Source: Escherichia coli
GTDB taxonomy: Bacteria > Pseudomonadota > Gammaproteobacteria > Enterobacterales > Enterobacteriaceae
Assembly: GCF_003018255.1 (NCBI RefSeq)
Contig: NZ_CP027440.1
DNA length: 64,000 nt
Direction: 5' to 3' (one strand)
Every line of letters starts with the position of its first letter. Positions within the stretch are counted from its first letter, which is position 1. A program made the position numbers and the translations under genes. Under the pieces are notes generated by a model. The model worked only from the letters and a program-made list of their open reading frames with translations, had not been told where the DNA came from and did no database searches. Of the stretch, positions 33,381-45,064 are shown piece by piece.

Positions 33381-33548
33381 ATGGTCAGTCAGGAGCAACT
33401 GGAGTCGTCACCATTATGTCAGCAAAGTGATGATGAACCAGAAACGAAACGGGAATGTTCCGTCGTTATTCCAGACGACTGGCAACTAACATCGCAGCAG
33501 CAAGCCTTTATAGAACTGTTTGCTGAAGATGATCAGCCGAAACAATAA
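33381..33548 (+). CDS. yciX: Small protein YciX
   Basis: Translation MVSQEQLESSPLCQQSDDEPETKRE...; 2-nt gap after ymiA. Confidence 0.7.
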   Translation: MVSQEQLESSPLCQQSDDEPETKRECSVVIPDDWQLTSQQQAFIELFAEDDQPKQ

Positions 33549-33661
33549 TTATCATCATTCTTATTACCCATTTTTAATGAATTACAGGGCTTTTAATACA
33601 CCGCAGCAATAACAGGTTGAGTTATCTCAACACAAAGTAATAACCGTTAAGGGTGTAGCCT

Positions 33662-33757
33662 ATGATCAACACAAATATGAAATATTGGTCCTGGATGGGC
33701 GCATTTTCTCTGTCGATGCTCTTCTGGGCCGAACTCCTCTGGATCATTACTCACTGA
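33662..33757 (+). CDS. Possible small membrane protein (31 aa) upstream of acnA
   Basis: Translation MINTNMKYWSWMGAFSLSMLFWAELLWIITH; hydrophobic; no strong Shine-Dalgarno. Confidence 0.3.
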   Translation: MINTNMKYWSWMGAFSLSMLFWAELLWIITH

Positions 33758-33920
33758 TCCCTGACCCCGCTGCGGCGGGGTTTTCATTTGCTTTGCCACA
33801 AGGTTTCTCCTCTTTTATCAATTTGGGTTGTTATCAAATCGTTACGCGATGTTTGTGTTATCTTTAATATTCACCCTGAAGAGAATCAGGGCTTCGCAAC
33901 CCTGTCATTAAGGAGGAGCT

Positions 33921-36596
33921 ATGTCGTCAACCCTACGAGAAGCCAGTAAGGACACGTTGCAGGCCAAAGATAAAACTTACCACTACTACAGCCTGCCGCT
34001 TGCTGCCAAATCACTGGGCAATATCACCCGTCTGCCTAAGTCACTCAAAGTTTTGCTCGAAAACCTGCTGCGCTGGCAGGATGGTAACTCGGTTACCGAA
34101 GAGGATATCCACGCGCTGGCGGGATGGCTGAAAAATGCCCATGCTGACCGTGAAATTGCCTACCGCCCGGCAAGGGTGCTGATGCAGGACTTTACCGGCG
34201 TACCTGCCGTTGTTGATCTGGCGGCAATGCGCGAAGCGGTTAAACGCCTCGGTGGCGATACTGCAAAGGTTAACCCGCTCTCACCGGTCGACCTGGTCAT
34301 TGACCACTCGGTGACCGTCGATCGTTTTGGTGATGATGAGGCATTTGAAGAAAACGTACGCCTGGAAATGGAGCGCAACCACGAACGTTATGTGTTCCTG
34401 AAATGGGGAAAGCAGGCGTTCAGTCGTTTTAGCGTCGTGCCGCCAGGCACAGGCATTTGCCATCAGGTTAACCTCGAATATCTCGGCAAAGCAGTGTGGA
34501 GCGAATTGCAGGACGGTGAATGGATTGCTTATCCGGATACACTCGTTGGTACTGACTCGCACACCACCATGATCAACGGCCTTGGCGTGCTGGGGTGGGG
34601 CGTTGGTGGCATCGAAGCCGAAGCCGCAATGTTAGGCCAGCCGGTTTCCATGCTTATCCCGGACGTAGTGGGCTTTAAACTTACCGGAAAATTACGTGAA
34701 GGTATTACCGCCACAGACCTGGTTCTCACCGTTACCCAAATGCTGCGCAAACATGGCGTGGTGGGGAAATTCGTCGAATTTTATGGTGATGGTCTGGATT
34801 CACTACCGTTGGCGGATCGCGCCACCATTGCCAATATGTCGCCAGAATATGGTGCCACCTGTGGCTTCTTCCCAATCGATGCTGTCACCCTCGATTACAT
34901 GCGTTTAAGTGGGCGCAGTGAAGATCAGGTCGAGTTGGTCGAAAAATACGCCAAAGCGCAGGGCATGTGGCGTAACCCGGGCGATGAACCGATTTTTACC
35001 AGTACGTTAGAACTGGATATGAATGACGTTGAAGCGAGCCTGGCAGGACCAAAACGCCCACAGGATCGCGTTGCACTGCCCGATGTACCAAAAGCATTTG
35101 CCGCCAGTAACGAACTGGAAGTGAATGCCACGCATAAAGATCGCCAGCCGGTCGATTATGTTATGAACGGACATCAGTATCAGTTACCTGATGGCGCTGT
35201 GGTCATTGCTGCGATAACGTCGTGCACCAACACCTCTAACCCAAGTGTGCTGATGGCCGCAGGTTTGCTGGCGAAAAAAGCTGTAACTCTGGGCCTCAAG
35301 CGGCAACCGTGGGTCAAAGCGTCGCTGGCACCAGGCTCGAAAGTTGTTTCTGACTATCTGGCAAAAGCGAAATTGACACCGTATCTCGACGAACTGGGGT
35401 TTAACCTTGTGGGATACGGTTGTACCACCTGTATTGGTAACTCTGGTCCATTGCCCGATCCTATCGAAACGGCAATCAAAAAAGGCGATTTAACCGTCGG
35501 TGCGGTGCTGTCCGGCAACCGTAACTTTGAAGGCCGTATCCATCCGCTGGTTAAAACTAACTGGCTGGCCTCGCCGCCGCTGGTGGTTGCCTATGCGCTG
35601 GCGGGAAATATGAATATTAACCTCGCTTCTGAGCCTATTGGTCACGATCGTAAAGGCGACCCGGTATATCTGAAAGATATCTGGCCCTCGGCACAAGAAA
35701 TTGCCCGTGCGGTAGAACAAGTCTCCACAGAAATGTTCCGCAAAGAGTACGCAGAAGTTTTTGAAGGCACAGCAGAGTGGAAGGAAATTAACGTCACACG
35801 ATCCGATACCTACGGTTGGCAGGAAGATTCAACCTATATTCGCTTATCGCCATTCTTTGATGAAATGCAGGCAACACCAGCACCTGTGGAAGATATTCAC
35901 GGTGCGCGGATCCTCGCAATGCTGGGGGATTCAGTCACCACTGACCATATCTCTCCGGCGGGCAGTATTAAGCCCGACAGCCCGGCGGGTCGATATCTAC
36001 AAGGTCGGGGTGTTGAGCGAAAAGACTTTAACTCCTACGGTTCGCGGCGTGGTAACCATGAAGTGATGATGCGCGGCACCTTCGCCAATATTCGCATCCG
36101 TAATGAAATGGTGCCTGGCGTTGAAGGGGGGATGACGCGGCATTTACCTGACAGCGATGTTGTCTCTATCTATGATGCCGCGATGCGCTATAAGCAGGAG
36201 CAAACGCCGCTGGCGGTGATTGCCGGGAAAGAGTATGGATCAGGCTCCAGCCGTGACTGGGCGGCAAAAGGTCCGCGTCTGCTTGGTATTCGTGTGGTGA
36301 TTGCCGAATCGTTTGAACGAATTCACCGTTCGAATTTAATTGGCATGGGCATCCTGCCGCTGGAATTTCCGCAAGGCGTAACGCGTAAAACGTTAGGGCT
36401 AACCGGGGAAGAGAAGATTGATATTGGCGATCTGCAAAACCTACAACCCGGCGCGACGGTTCCGGTGACGCTTACGCGCGCGGATGGTAGCCAGGAAGTC
36501 GTACCCTGCCGTTGTCGTATCGACACCGCGACGGAGTTGACCTACTACCAGAACGACGGCATTTTGCATTATGTCATTCGTAATATGTTGAAGTAA
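33921..36596 (+). CDS. acnA: Aconitate hydratase A
   Basis: 891-aa translation [29 protein letters not shown]... Confidence 0.97.
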   Translation: MSSTLREASKDTLQAKDKTYHYYSLPLAAKSLGNITRLPKSLKVLLENLLRWQDGNSVTEEDIHALAGWLKNAHADREIAYRPARVLMQDFTGVPAVVDLAAMREAVKRLGGDTAKVNPLSPVDLVIDHSVTVDRFGDDEAFEENVRLEMERNHERYVFLKWGKQAFSRFSVVPPGTGICHQVNLEYLGKAVWSELQDGEWIAYPDTLVGTDSHTTMINGLGVLGWGVGGIEAEAAMLGQPVSMLIPDVVGFKLTGKLREGITATDLVLTVTQMLRKHGVVGKFVEFYGDGLDSLPLADRATIANMSPEYGATCGFFPIDAVTLDYMRLSGRSEDQVELVEKYAKAQGMWRNPGDEPIFTSTLELDMNDVEASLAGPKRPQDRVALPDVPKAFAASNELEVNATHKDRQPVDYVMNGHQYQLPDGAVVIAAITSCTNTSNPSVLMAAGLLAKKAVTLGLKRQPWVKASLAPGSKVVSDYLAKAKLTPYLDELGFNLVGYGCTTCIGNSGPLPDPIETAIKKGDLTVGAVLSGNRNFEGRIHPLVKTNWLASPPLVVAYALAGNMNINLASEPIGHDRKGDPVYLKDIWPSAQEIARAVEQVSTEMFRKEYAEVFEGTAEWKEINVTRSDTYGWQEDSTYIRLSPFFDEMQATPAPVEDIHGARILAMLGDSVTTDHISPAGSIKPDSPAGRYLQGRGVERKDFNSYGSRRGNHEVMMRGTFANIRIRNEMVPGVEGGMTRHLPDSDVVSIYDAAMRYKQEQTPLAVIAGKEYGSGSSRDWAAKGPRLLGIRVVIAESFERIHRSNLIGMGILPLEFPQGVTRKTLGLTGEEKIDIGDLQNLQPGATVPVTLTRADGSQEVVPCRCRIDTATELTYYQNDGILHYVIRNMLK

Positions 36597-36659
36597 CAAG
36601 TATTTGCTTGCCGGTTATTTTGCTTCCGGCAAGCAAATGAATTACACAATGCAAGAGGG

Positions 36660-37250
36660 TTATTTGTTCAGCAAATGGCCCATTTTCTCGGCTTTGGTAT
36701 CGAGATAATGTTCGTTATTGGGGTTACGACCTACAATCAATGGTACGCGTTCAACAATATTAATCCCTGCTTCGGTCAGAATTTCGACTTTTTTCGGGTT
36801 ATTGGTTAACAAGCGGACTTCATTGACGCCAAGGAGTTTGAACATATCAGCGCAAAGAGTGAAGTCGCGCTCATCAGCGGCGAAGCCTAACTGGTGGTTA
36901 GCCTCTACAGTATCGTAACCTTGATCCTGCAGTGCATAAGCGCGGATTTTATTCAGCAGACCAATGTTACGACCTTCCTGACGGTGATACAGCAAAATAC
37001 CACGGCCTTCTTCGGCAATTTGCGTCAGTGCCGCTTCGAGCTGGAAGCCACAATCGCAGCGCAAGCTGAACAGGGCGTCACCGGTCAGACATTCGGAATG
37101 GACGCGCGCAAGTACCGGGGTATGCCCGGAGATATCGCCATAGACTAGCGCGACATGATCGTGTCCGGTTGCCAGTTCTTCAAATCCCACCATCAGGAAA
37201 TCGCCCCATGGGGTTGGCAGTTTGGCTTCTGCCACACGTTTAAGCTGCAT
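36660..37250 (-). CDS. ribA: GTP cyclohydrolase II
   Basis: Translation from [25 protein letters not shown]... (196 aa). Confidence 0.95.
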
Positions 37251-37419
37251 GAAATTCTCCAGATAATGCTGGTTCTGTATTGGCTTATTTTGCCATAACG
37301 AGAAGGGGTTCACCTAATCACGACGCGTCGATCGTTCACGGAATGGCACAAATCTGTCAATTTTTCCTGGAACTGGCATTTTCAGTTATGATTGTGGGAC
37401 TTATCAAAAAGGAGAGGCC

Positions 37420-38184
37420 ATGCGTTCGATTGCCAGACGTACCGCAGTGGGAGCTGCACTATTGCTTGTTATGCCAGTAGCCGTATGGATTTCTGGCTGG
37501 CGTTGGCAACCTGGAGAACAAAGTTGGCTACTAAAAGCGGCTTTTTGGGTTACTGAAACTGTCACCCAGCCCTGGGGCGTCATTACACATTTGATTTTAT
37601 TCGGTTGGTTTCTCTGGTGTCTGCGTTTTCGCATTAAGGCTGCCATTATGTTATTTGCCATTCTGGCGGCGGCAATTCTTGTGGGACAAGGCGTTAAATC
37701 ATGGATCAAAGACAAAGTCCAGGAACCACGACCTTTTGTTATCTGGCTGGAAAAAACACATCATATTCCGGTTGATGAGTTCTACACTTTAAAGCGAGCA
37801 GAACGCGGAAATCTGGTGAAAGAACAGTTGGCTGAAGAGAAAAATATCCCACAATATTTGCGTTCACACTGGCAGAAAGAGACGGGGTTTGCCTTTCCTT
37901 CCGGTCACACGATGTTTGCTGCCAGTTGGGCGCTGCTGGCCGTTGGTTTGCTGTGGCCGCGTCGGCGAACGTTAACCATTGCTATCTTGTTGGTCTGGGC
38001 AACGGGAGTCATGGGAAGCCGCCTGCTGCTCGGGATGCATTGGCCACGCGATCTGGTGGTAGCTACGTTGATTTCGTGGGCGCTGGTGGCGGTGGCAACG
38101 TGGCTTGCGCAACGAATTTGTGGGCCATTAACACCACCTGCGGAAGAAAATCGCGAAATTGCACAACGAGAACAAGAAAGTTAA
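37420..38184 (+). CDS. pgpB: Phosphatidylglycerophosphatase B
   Basis: 254-aa PAP2-family membrane protein; synteny. Confidence 0.93.
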   Translation: MRSIARRTAVGAALLLVMPVAVWISGWRWQPGEQSWLLKAAFWVTETVTQPWGVITHLILFGWFLWCLRFRIKAAIMLFAILAAAILVGQGVKSWIKDKVQEPRPFVIWLEKTHHIPVDEFYTLKRAERGNLVKEQLAEEKNIPQYLRSHWQKETGFAFPSGHTMFAASWALLAVGLLWPRRRTLTIAILLVWATGVMGSRLLLGMHWPRDLVVATLISWALVAVATWLAQRICGPLTPPAEENREIAQREQES

Positions 38185-38332
38185 CGCTGGTTGATTTTCC
38201 GAATTTAGCCCTTAAATCATCATCAATGCGCGTGGATGCCATTTCGCAGGCGGCGCGAAAATGGTACTTTAAAGGGCTATTGCGGTAAGTTGACCATAAT
38301 TTATTCGCTCTAACCACATAACGGGAAGTAAT

Positions 38333-38641
38333 GTGAAATATTTACTCATTTTCTTACTGGTGTTAGCGATCTTCGTGATTTCGGTCACGTTAGGTGCGCA
38401 GAACGATCAACAGGTGACGTTTAATTATCTGTTAGCGCAAGGGGAGTACCGTATTTCCACATTGCTGGCGGTATTGTTTGCTGCGGGGTTTGCTATCGGT
38501 TGGCTGATTTGCGGTCTGTTCTGGCTGCGAGTTCGTGTTTCCCTGGCGCGCGCTGAACGTAAAATAAAGCGACTGGAAAACCAGCTTTCACCCGCGACTG
38601 ACGTGGCTGTAGCGCCGCATTCGTCAGCGGCGAAGGAATAA
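38333..38641 (+). CDS. lapA: LPS assembly protein LapA (YciS)
   Basis: 102-aa two-TM protein immediately upstream of lapB. Confidence 0.9.
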   Translation: MKYLLIFLLVLAIFVISVTLGAQNDQQVTFNYLLAQGEYRISTLLAVLFAAGFAIGWLICGLFWLRVRVSLARAERKIKRLENQLSPATDVAVAPHSSAAKE

Positions 38642-38647
38642 CTTTCT

Positions 38648-39817
38648 ATGCTGGAGTTGTTGTTTCTGCTTTTGCCTGTAGCCGCTGCCTATGGCTGGTA
38701 TATGGGCCGCAGAAGTGCGCAACAAAACAAGCAAGATGAAGCCAACCGCTTGTCGCGTGATTACGTAGCGGGGGTTAACTTCCTGCTTAGTAATCAACAG
38801 GATAAAGCGGTAGACCTGTTTCTCGATATGCTTAAAGAGGATACGGGTACCGTTGAAGCCCACCTTACGCTCGGAAACCTGTTCCGTTCGCGTGGCGAAG
38901 TTGATCGCGCTATTCGCATCCATCAGACCCTAATGGAAAGCGCTTCGCTGACCTATGAACAGCGTCTGTTGGCGATTCAACAACTGGGGCGTGATTACAT
39001 GGCCGCCGGGTTATACGACCGCGCGGAAGACATGTTCAATCAGCTGACCGATGAAACTGACTTCCGCATTGGCGCGCTGCAACAGTTGCTACAAATCTAC
39101 CAGGCTACCAGCGAGTGGCAGAAAGCAATTGATGTTGCCGAACGTCTGGTGAAGTTGGGTAAAGATAAGCAGCGCGTCGAAATTGCCCATTTCTACTGTG
39201 AGTTAGCCCTGCAGCATATGGCCAGCGACGATCTCGATCGCGCCATGGCCTTGTTAAAAAAAGGTGCGGCGGCAGATAAAAACAGCGCCCGCGTATCCAT
39301 CATGATGGGACGCGTATTTATGGCGAAAGGAGAATACGCCAAAGCCGTCGAAAGTCTGCAACGCGTGATATCTCAGGACAGAGAACTGGTCAGCGAAACG
39401 CTGGAAATGTTGCAAACCTGCTATCAGCAGTTGGGTAAAACTGCCGAATGGGCAGAATTCCTGCAGCGCGCGGTGGAAGAGAACACCGGTGCCGATGCTG
39501 AATTGATGCTTGCGGATATTATCGAAGCGCGCGACGGTAGTGAGGCCGCACAGGTCTATATTACGCGTCAGCTTCAGCGTCATCCGACCATGCGTGTGTT
39601 CCATAAGCTAATGGATTACCACTTAAATGAAGCGGAAGAAGGGCGTGCCAAAGAGAGTCTGATGGTGCTGCGTGACATGGTTGGCGAGAAGGTGCGTAGT
39701 AAGCCTCGTTATCGCTGCCAGAAATGTGGTTTTACCGCATACACCCTCTACTGGCATTGTCCGTCTTGTCGGGCCTGGTCAACCATTAAACCGATTCGCG
39801 GTCTTGATGGCCTGTAA
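38648..39817 (+). CDS. lapB: LPS assembly protein LapB (YciM), TPR plus C-terminal rubredoxin-like zinc finger
   Basis: 389-aa ORF ending CQKCGFTAYTLYWHCPSCRAW. Confidence 0.95.
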   Translation: MLELLFLLLPVAAAYGWYMGRRSAQQNKQDEANRLSRDYVAGVNFLLSNQQDKAVDLFLDMLKEDTGTVEAHLTLGNLFRSRGEVDRAIRIHQTLMESASLTYEQRLLAIQQLGRDYMAAGLYDRAEDMFNQLTDETDFRIGALQQLLQIYQATSEWQKAIDVAERLVKLGKDKQRVEIAHFYCELALQHMASDDLDRAMALLKKGAAADKNSARVSIMMGRVFMAKGEYAKAVESLQRVISQDRELVSETLEMLQTCYQQLGKTAEWAEFLQRAVEENTGADAELMLADIIEARDGSEAAQVYITRQLQRHPTMRVFHKLMDYHLNEAEEGRAKESLMVLRDMVGEKVRSKPRYRCQKCGFTAYTLYWHCPSCRAWSTIKPIRGLDGL

Positions 39818-40008
39818 TTTTTAAAAAAATCCGACTTTAGTTACAACATACTAATTGTTGATGTTCCATTGTGCTCCGGTAACTCAGGCGCAGAAAAGCC
39901 TGCCAGGGGAGAAATCGCAACTGTTAATTTTTTATTTCCACGGGTAGAATGCTCGCCGTTTACCTGTTTCGCGCCACTTCCGGTGCCCATCATCAAGAAG
40001 GTCTGGTC

Positions 40009-40746
40009 ATGACGTTAACTGCTTCATCTTCTTCCCGCGCTGTTACGAATTCTCCTGTGGTTGTTGCCCTTGATTATCATAATCGTGATGCCGCGCTGGC
40101 CTTTGTCGACAAGATCGACCCACGCGATTGTCGTCTGAAAGTCGGCAAAGAGATGTTTACGCTGTTTGGACCTCAATTTGTACGCGAACTTCAACAGCGT
40201 GGTTTTGATATCTTCCTCGACCTGAAATTCCACGATATTCCCAACACTGCAGCGCACGCTGTCGCTGCTGCAGCTGGCTTAGGCGTGTGGATGGTGAATG
40301 TTCACGCCTCCGGTGGGGCGCGTATGATGACCGCAGCGCGTGAGGCACTGGTTCCGTTTGGCAAAGATGCACCGCTTTTGATTGCTGTGACAGTATTGAC
40401 CAGCATGGAAGCCAGCGACCTGGCCGATCTTGGCGTGACACTGTCACCTGCAGATTATGCAGAACGTCTGGCGGCACTGACGCAAAAATGTGGCCTTGAT
40501 GGTGTGGTGTGTTCTGCTCAGGAAGCTGCGCGCTTTAAACAGGTATTTGGTCAGGAGTTCAAACTGGTTACGCCGGGCATTCGTCCGCAGGGGAGTGAAG
40601 CTGGTGACCAGCGCCGCATTATGACGCCAGAACAGGCGTTGGCGGCTGGTGTTGATTATATGGTGATTGGTCGCCCGGTAACGCAATCGGTAGATCCAGC
40701 GCAGACGCTGAAAGCGATCAACGCCTCTTTACAGCGGAGTGCATGA
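40009..40746 (+). CDS. pyrF: Orotidine-5-phosphate decarboxylase
   Basis: Translation from [27 protein letters not shown]... (245 aa). Confidence 0.95.
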   Translation: MTLTASSSSRAVTNSPVVVALDYHNRDAALAFVDKIDPRDCRLKVGKEMFTLFGPQFVRELQQRGFDIFLDLKFHDIPNTAAHAVAAAAGLGVWMVNVHASGGARMMTAAREALVPFGKDAPLLIAVTVLTSMEASDLADLGVTLSPADYAERLAALTQKCGLDGVVCSAQEAARFKQVFGQEFKLVTPGIRPQGSEAGDQRRIMTPEQALAAGVDYMVIGRPVTQSVDPAQTLKAINASLQRSA

Positions 40747-41072
40747 TGAGTGATTCCAACAGCCGTCTGGTCTACTCAACGGAAACCGGACGTATTGATG
40801 AGCCAAAAGCGGCCCCTGTACGCCCTAAAGGCGACGGTGTGGTGCGTATTCAGCGTCAGACCAGTGGACGTAAAGGTAAGGGCGTTTGCCTGATTACCGG
40901 TGTCGATCTCGATGATGCCGAACTGACAAAACTGGCAGCGGAACTGAAGAAAAAATGCGGCTGCGGCGGGGCAGTTAAAGATGGAATTATTGAAATCCAG
41001 GGTGATAAGCGCGATTTATTAAAATCACTGCTTGAAGAGAAAGGGATGAAGGTAAAACTCGCTGGCGGTTAA
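40746..41072 (+). CDS. yciH: SUI1-family translation factor YciH
   Basis: Translation [21 protein letters not shown]...; 1-nt overlap with the pyrF stop. Confidence 0.9.
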   Translation: MSDSNSRLVYSTETGRIDEPKAAPVRPKGDGVVRIQRQTSGRKGKGVCLITGVDLDDAELTKLAAELKKKCGCGGAVKDGIIEIQGDKRDLLKSLLEEKGMKVKLAGG

Positions 41073-41075
41073 CAT

Positions 41076-41104
41076 AAAAAGCCACGGATATATCCGTGGC
41101 TTTC
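41076..41104. terminator. Bidirectional hairpin between yciH and osmB
   Basis: aaaaagccacggata-tatccgtggcttt. Confidence 0.6.
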
Positions 41105-41197
41105 GAATATTTTACTGTGTGTATTATTCAGTTATTTCGTACTGAACAGAATCAAGCGTATTATAATTGCGAGTCGATAATCGACATTTATTTACGA

Positions 41198-41416
41198 TTA
41201 TTTACCGACCTGGTGACCAATAACACCACCGACAGCTGCGCCACCTAATGTACCCAACGTACTGCCATCGGTTAGTACTGCACCGCCTAATGCACCTGCA
41301 CCCGCGCCAATTGCGGTGTTACGGTCTCGTTTAGACCAGTTAGAACAGGCACTCAGAGACATTGCCAGGGTAATTGCCAGAACAGCCGCGGTCATTTTTT
41401 TGCTCGTTACAAACAT
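41198..41416 (-). CDS. osmB: Osmotically inducible lipoprotein B
   Basis: 72-aa translation with lipobox LSAC and Gly-rich repeats. Confidence 0.95.
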   Translation of the reverse strand: MFVTSKKMTAAVLAITLAMSLSACSNWSKRDRNTAIGAGAGALGGAVLTDGSTLGTLGGAAVGGVIGHQVGK

Positions 41417-41684
41417 AATACTCTCTCCTGAATTTATGATTCACGGAAGTAAGCTCTCTATAACTATAATAGCTAAGAATAAGCCTGGTGAAATTATTCC
41501 GTGAAATCCGCTCGCGCGCAGGGTTATATCACGCAGGTGATAATGACTTCCTGTTATATCGCTGATAATAATTTTATATCTTGAGAGTGTTAATAACAGG
41601 TAAATAGTCTTAATTATCAACCAGGAATCATCTTAGAGCGGATGATTTGCCAAACTGCAAATCATCCGTAGAGAAGGGAAATGG

Positions 41685-42434
41685 TTAAATGTCAACGACG
41701 TGAACGGTGAGTTTACTGTGCTCAAGATGCATCAGATCGCTGGCGCGTATTTTCGAATCGGTAATCACGCGATTGAATCGCTCAACGGGACCGATGGAGT
41801 ATGAATGTACAGCACCAAATTTCGAGCTGTCAGTCAGGACTATTGCTTCGCACTCTTTTTCCAGCACGGCATTGACCACATCGGTACGCATCATATCGCG
41901 ACCGGTGAATCCAGTTTCAGGTTGCCAGCCATCAATACCAATAAATGCTTTGCTGAAATGTACCTGTTGGATGCACTGGCGTGTCAACGGGCCAACCATA
42001 CTTTCGCTTTTTTTCTGGTACACGCCACCGAGCAAAATAACTTCACAAGGCGCGTCTTTCAGCAAATGCGCGATGTAGCTGCTGACCGTGATGATAGTGA
42101 CATTTTTCTTCTGCTCGCCCAGAGTCCGGGCGAGCAGGGCATTGCTGCTGCCATTTTCGATAAAGATGGTTTCGCCCGGTTGAACCAGTGACGCGGCAAA
42201 CTCGGCGAGTTCACGCTTCAGCGTATAGTTGCTCATCATACGAGTTTCGACGTCATCACTATCAAGCGATACTGCAAAGCCATGTGCACGGCGGAGGTAA
42301 CTCAGTTTTTCGAGGGTGTTGAGATCCTGGCGAATGGTAACTTCAGAAACTCCAGTGGCTTTTGCCAGATCGGTTACGCTAACCTGACCCTGGTCAATGA
42401 CCATCTGTAGAATAGTTTGTTGTCGGGAATTCAT
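41685..42434 (-). CDS. yciT: DeoR-family transcriptional regulator YciT
   Basis: 249-aa ORF with N-terminal HTH; synteny. Confidence 0.9.
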   Translation of the reverse strand: MNSRQQTILQMVIDQGQVSVTDLAKATGVSEVTIRQDLNTLEKLSYLRRAHGFAVSLDSDDVETRMMSNYTLKRELAEFAASLVQPGETIFIENGSSNALLARTLGEQKKNVTIITVSSYIAHLLKDAPCEVILLGGVYQKKSESMVGPLTRQCIQQVHFSKAFIGIDGWQPETGFTGRDMMRTDVVNAVLEKECEAIVLTDSSKFGAVHSYSIGPVERFNRVITDSKIRASDLMHLEHSKLTVHVVDI

Positions 42435-42523
42435 CGCTGTAATTCTTATAACGTTATAATACTAAATAAAAAAATACTGACGCGCCGGGCATCCTCAAAT
42501 AGGAAAACCTGAAGGCACGATTG

Positions 42524-42697
42524 TTAAATCTCCCACGGTGCCTTCGGGATGTCTGGCGTAGATTCAGCAACCTGGCGCAAGAGTTCTGCTTTAAGTATCT
42601 CGAGATTATGTATCGCAGAGTGGTAATCGCCTGCCACAAGGATATCTAACACAATATCAATACGTTCGGCAACGCGCTGGGCATCAAATTCAGACAT
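42524..42697 (-). CDS. yciZ: Small protein YciZ (UPF0509)
   Basis: Translation [43 protein letters not shown]... Confidence 0.85.
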
Positions 42698-42844
42698 CAA
42701 GGACATCCTTATAGCAAAAGGGGGAAAATGAATAATGCAAAAATTGCCGCTAAAAGAGAAGTGTTTAACAGCAACGGCTAATTATCATCCGGGAATACGA
42801 TATATAATTACGGAATATATCGCTAAGTATATATATTCATCTAC

Positions 42845-44830
42845 TTATGCGCGCTTCAGATAGCGTTTATACCAACGTTCGAAGGCGACGGCGGGCATCG
42901 GTTTGGCAAACAAAAATCCTTGCCGCTCATTGATCCCGTTCTTGGTTAAAAAAGCATCTTCCTTTGCACTCTCTACACCTTCGGCGATCACCTGAAGATT
43001 CAATGCCTGGGCCACAGCGACGATCGCCCGGACCAGTGACTGCGAGACAGGTTGTTTGTGAATATCTCGAACAAAAACCTGGTCAAGTTTGATGGCATCG
43101 ATCGGAAAGCGCGCCAGTTGCGAAAGTGAAGAGTAGCCGGTACCAAAATCGTCCAGATGCACTTGCGCACCTAGTTGGCTAAATTGTTGAATAACAGACA
43201 GTGCCAGCTCATCATTCTCAATCAGGCAGCTCTCCGTCAGTTCAACATCAATAGGGCAGTATTCAAAATTGAGTTCCTGGAGAACCTGTTTCAGGGCGGT
43301 GAAAATGGTTTGATCGGCGAGCTGACGTGCAGAAATGTTTACCGCCACTCGCAGGTTAATGCCTTTATCCCGCCACTTCGCCACCTGGCGTACGACATCG
43401 AGAATCACCCAACGGCCTAAAGGCACAATTAGCCCTGACTCTTCGGCGTAGGAAATAAAGTCCAACGGTGGAATTAACCCACGTTCAGGTGACTGCCAAC
43501 GTACTAAAGCTTCCAGACTGCGTACTTCGCCACGCCAGGTGATTTTCGGTTGATAGTGAATAACCAACTGATCGTTTTCCAGTGCTTTACGCAAGTTGGT
43601 ATCCAGCCAGAGATATTCAAATACCCGCTGATTCATTTCTGGAGTAAAAACGCAAAATTGTCCTCGTCCGCCTTCCTTCGCTGTGTACATTGCTGTGTCG
43701 GCGTGACGAATAATAGCCGCGCTGTCCGAACCATGTTCGGGAGAGAGTGAAATACCCACTGAACAGCTGGTATAAACTTCAATTAAACCAATGCGGAAGG
43801 GGAGTCGTAAGCGGGTCAAAATTCGTGATGCCATTGCTTCCAGCGCGCTTTGTGAGGTATTGGATGCCAGTACCAGAAACTCATCGCCACCTGGACGCGC
43901 CAACACCTGATCATGTTCGAGACAGCTTAAAATGGCCAATGACACGTCGCGTAATAGCTGGTCACCAAACAAATGCCCATAAGCGTCGTTGACCTTTTTA
44001 AAATTATCCAAATCAAGATACACAACCCCAACTTTATTGTTATCTGCCTGATTAATGGCGTGATCGATTAACTCCTGCATTGCGTTACGATTCGGCAGTC
44101 CGGTGATACTGTCGGTATTTGCCAGAATACGCAGTCGCTCCTGAGCGCGGCGCTCTTCGGTAATGTCGGTGCCGGAACAGATTAAAAAAATTTCGTTCTT
44201 GCCACTGCCGCTGTGGACAAATTTATTGCGAAACAGAAACAGCCGCTGGCCTTTACGTGTTGGTATCCACAGTTCGACTTCATATGCATTGCCGCTTCGA
44301 AAAAATACACGGTTATTGCGCCTGGATGCCGCTGCTTCACGACGGCTCATAAACAGTTTAAACACGCTTTGGCCAATGACGTCGTGTTCTTTCAACCCAG
44401 TGTAATCTTCACATAACCGATTGAAGCGTTGGATATTCCCCCGGCTGTCGAGAATCACTATTGCGGAATGTGCTTCAGAAACTACCTGCTCAGCAAAGGA
44501 AAGTCCGTGTGATAAATCACGAGCAACTGCTGGTGTGTCATGCCATGCAGACGCGTTGCCAGCCCATTCCCGTTTATTGATTTTTCGTCCTACCAGATGC
44601 ACAGAAAGATCGCTTTCATCGACGGTCAGACTCATCATCAGGCTGGAGGTGATGACCGTCATTTCCCTGATGCGAGCAGCCTGTTCGGCAGATAACTGCA
44701 ACGTACGTTCAGGTTCTGTGGTTTCGGTGGTAGAAAAGCGCAAAACATCGCTGCTTTCCGTTAACCGCCAGTATGGATTGTGCGATCCGAGAAAGTTGTA
44801 CAACGTTGTGGACTCCCTAACGGTTTTCAT
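42845..44830 (-). CDS. pdeR: Cyclic di-GMP phosphodiesterase PdeR (Gmr), PAS-GGDEF-EAL
   Basis: 661-aa ORF with GGDEF- and EAL-type regions. Confidence 0.93.
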   Translation of the reverse strand: MKTVRESTTLYNFLGSHNPYWRLTESSDVLRFSTTETTEPERTLQLSAEQAARIREMTVITSSLMMSLTVDESDLSVHLVGRKINKREWAGNASAWHDTPAVARDLSHGLSFAEQVVSEAHSAIVILDSRGNIQRFNRLCEDYTGLKEHDVIGQSVFKLFMSRREAAASRRNNRVFFRSGNAYEVELWIPTRKGQRLFLFRNKFVHSGSGKNEIFLICSGTDITEERRAQERLRILANTDSITGLPNRNAMQELIDHAINQADNNKVGVVYLDLDNFKKVNDAYGHLFGDQLLRDVSLAILSCLEHDQVLARPGGDEFLVLASNTSQSALEAMASRILTRLRLPFRIGLIEVYTSCSVGISLSPEHGSDSAAIIRHADTAMYTAKEGGRGQFCVFTPEMNQRVFEYLWLDTNLRKALENDQLVIHYQPKITWRGEVRSLEALVRWQSPERGLIPPLDFISYAEESGLIVPLGRWVILDVVRQVAKWRDKGINLRVAVNISARQLADQTIFTALKQVLQELNFEYCPIDVELTESCLIENDELALSVIQQFSQLGAQVHLDDFGTGYSSLSQLARFPIDAIKLDQVFVRDIHKQPVSQSLVRAIVAVAQALNLQVIAEGVESAKEDAFLTKNGINERQGFLFAKPMPAVAFERWYKRYLKRA

Positions 44831-45064
44831 GATGCATATCCTCCGGTTAACAGCGGAGTCCGCGGTTAAATAAAAGGAACAACATGACTTACATGAAATT
44901 AACGGCGGCTAAACGCATTGTTTTTTTTATATATTTATTTGTAATCCAGTTTTGGAAAAACGCCAGTTTTCAAACGAAAGTCAGTTAAAAAACTGCCGGG
45001 ATATGATGAAGGTAGAGCGGGGAAATAAACGGCCCATTCATAAGGAATGGGCCGTGAAAGGAGA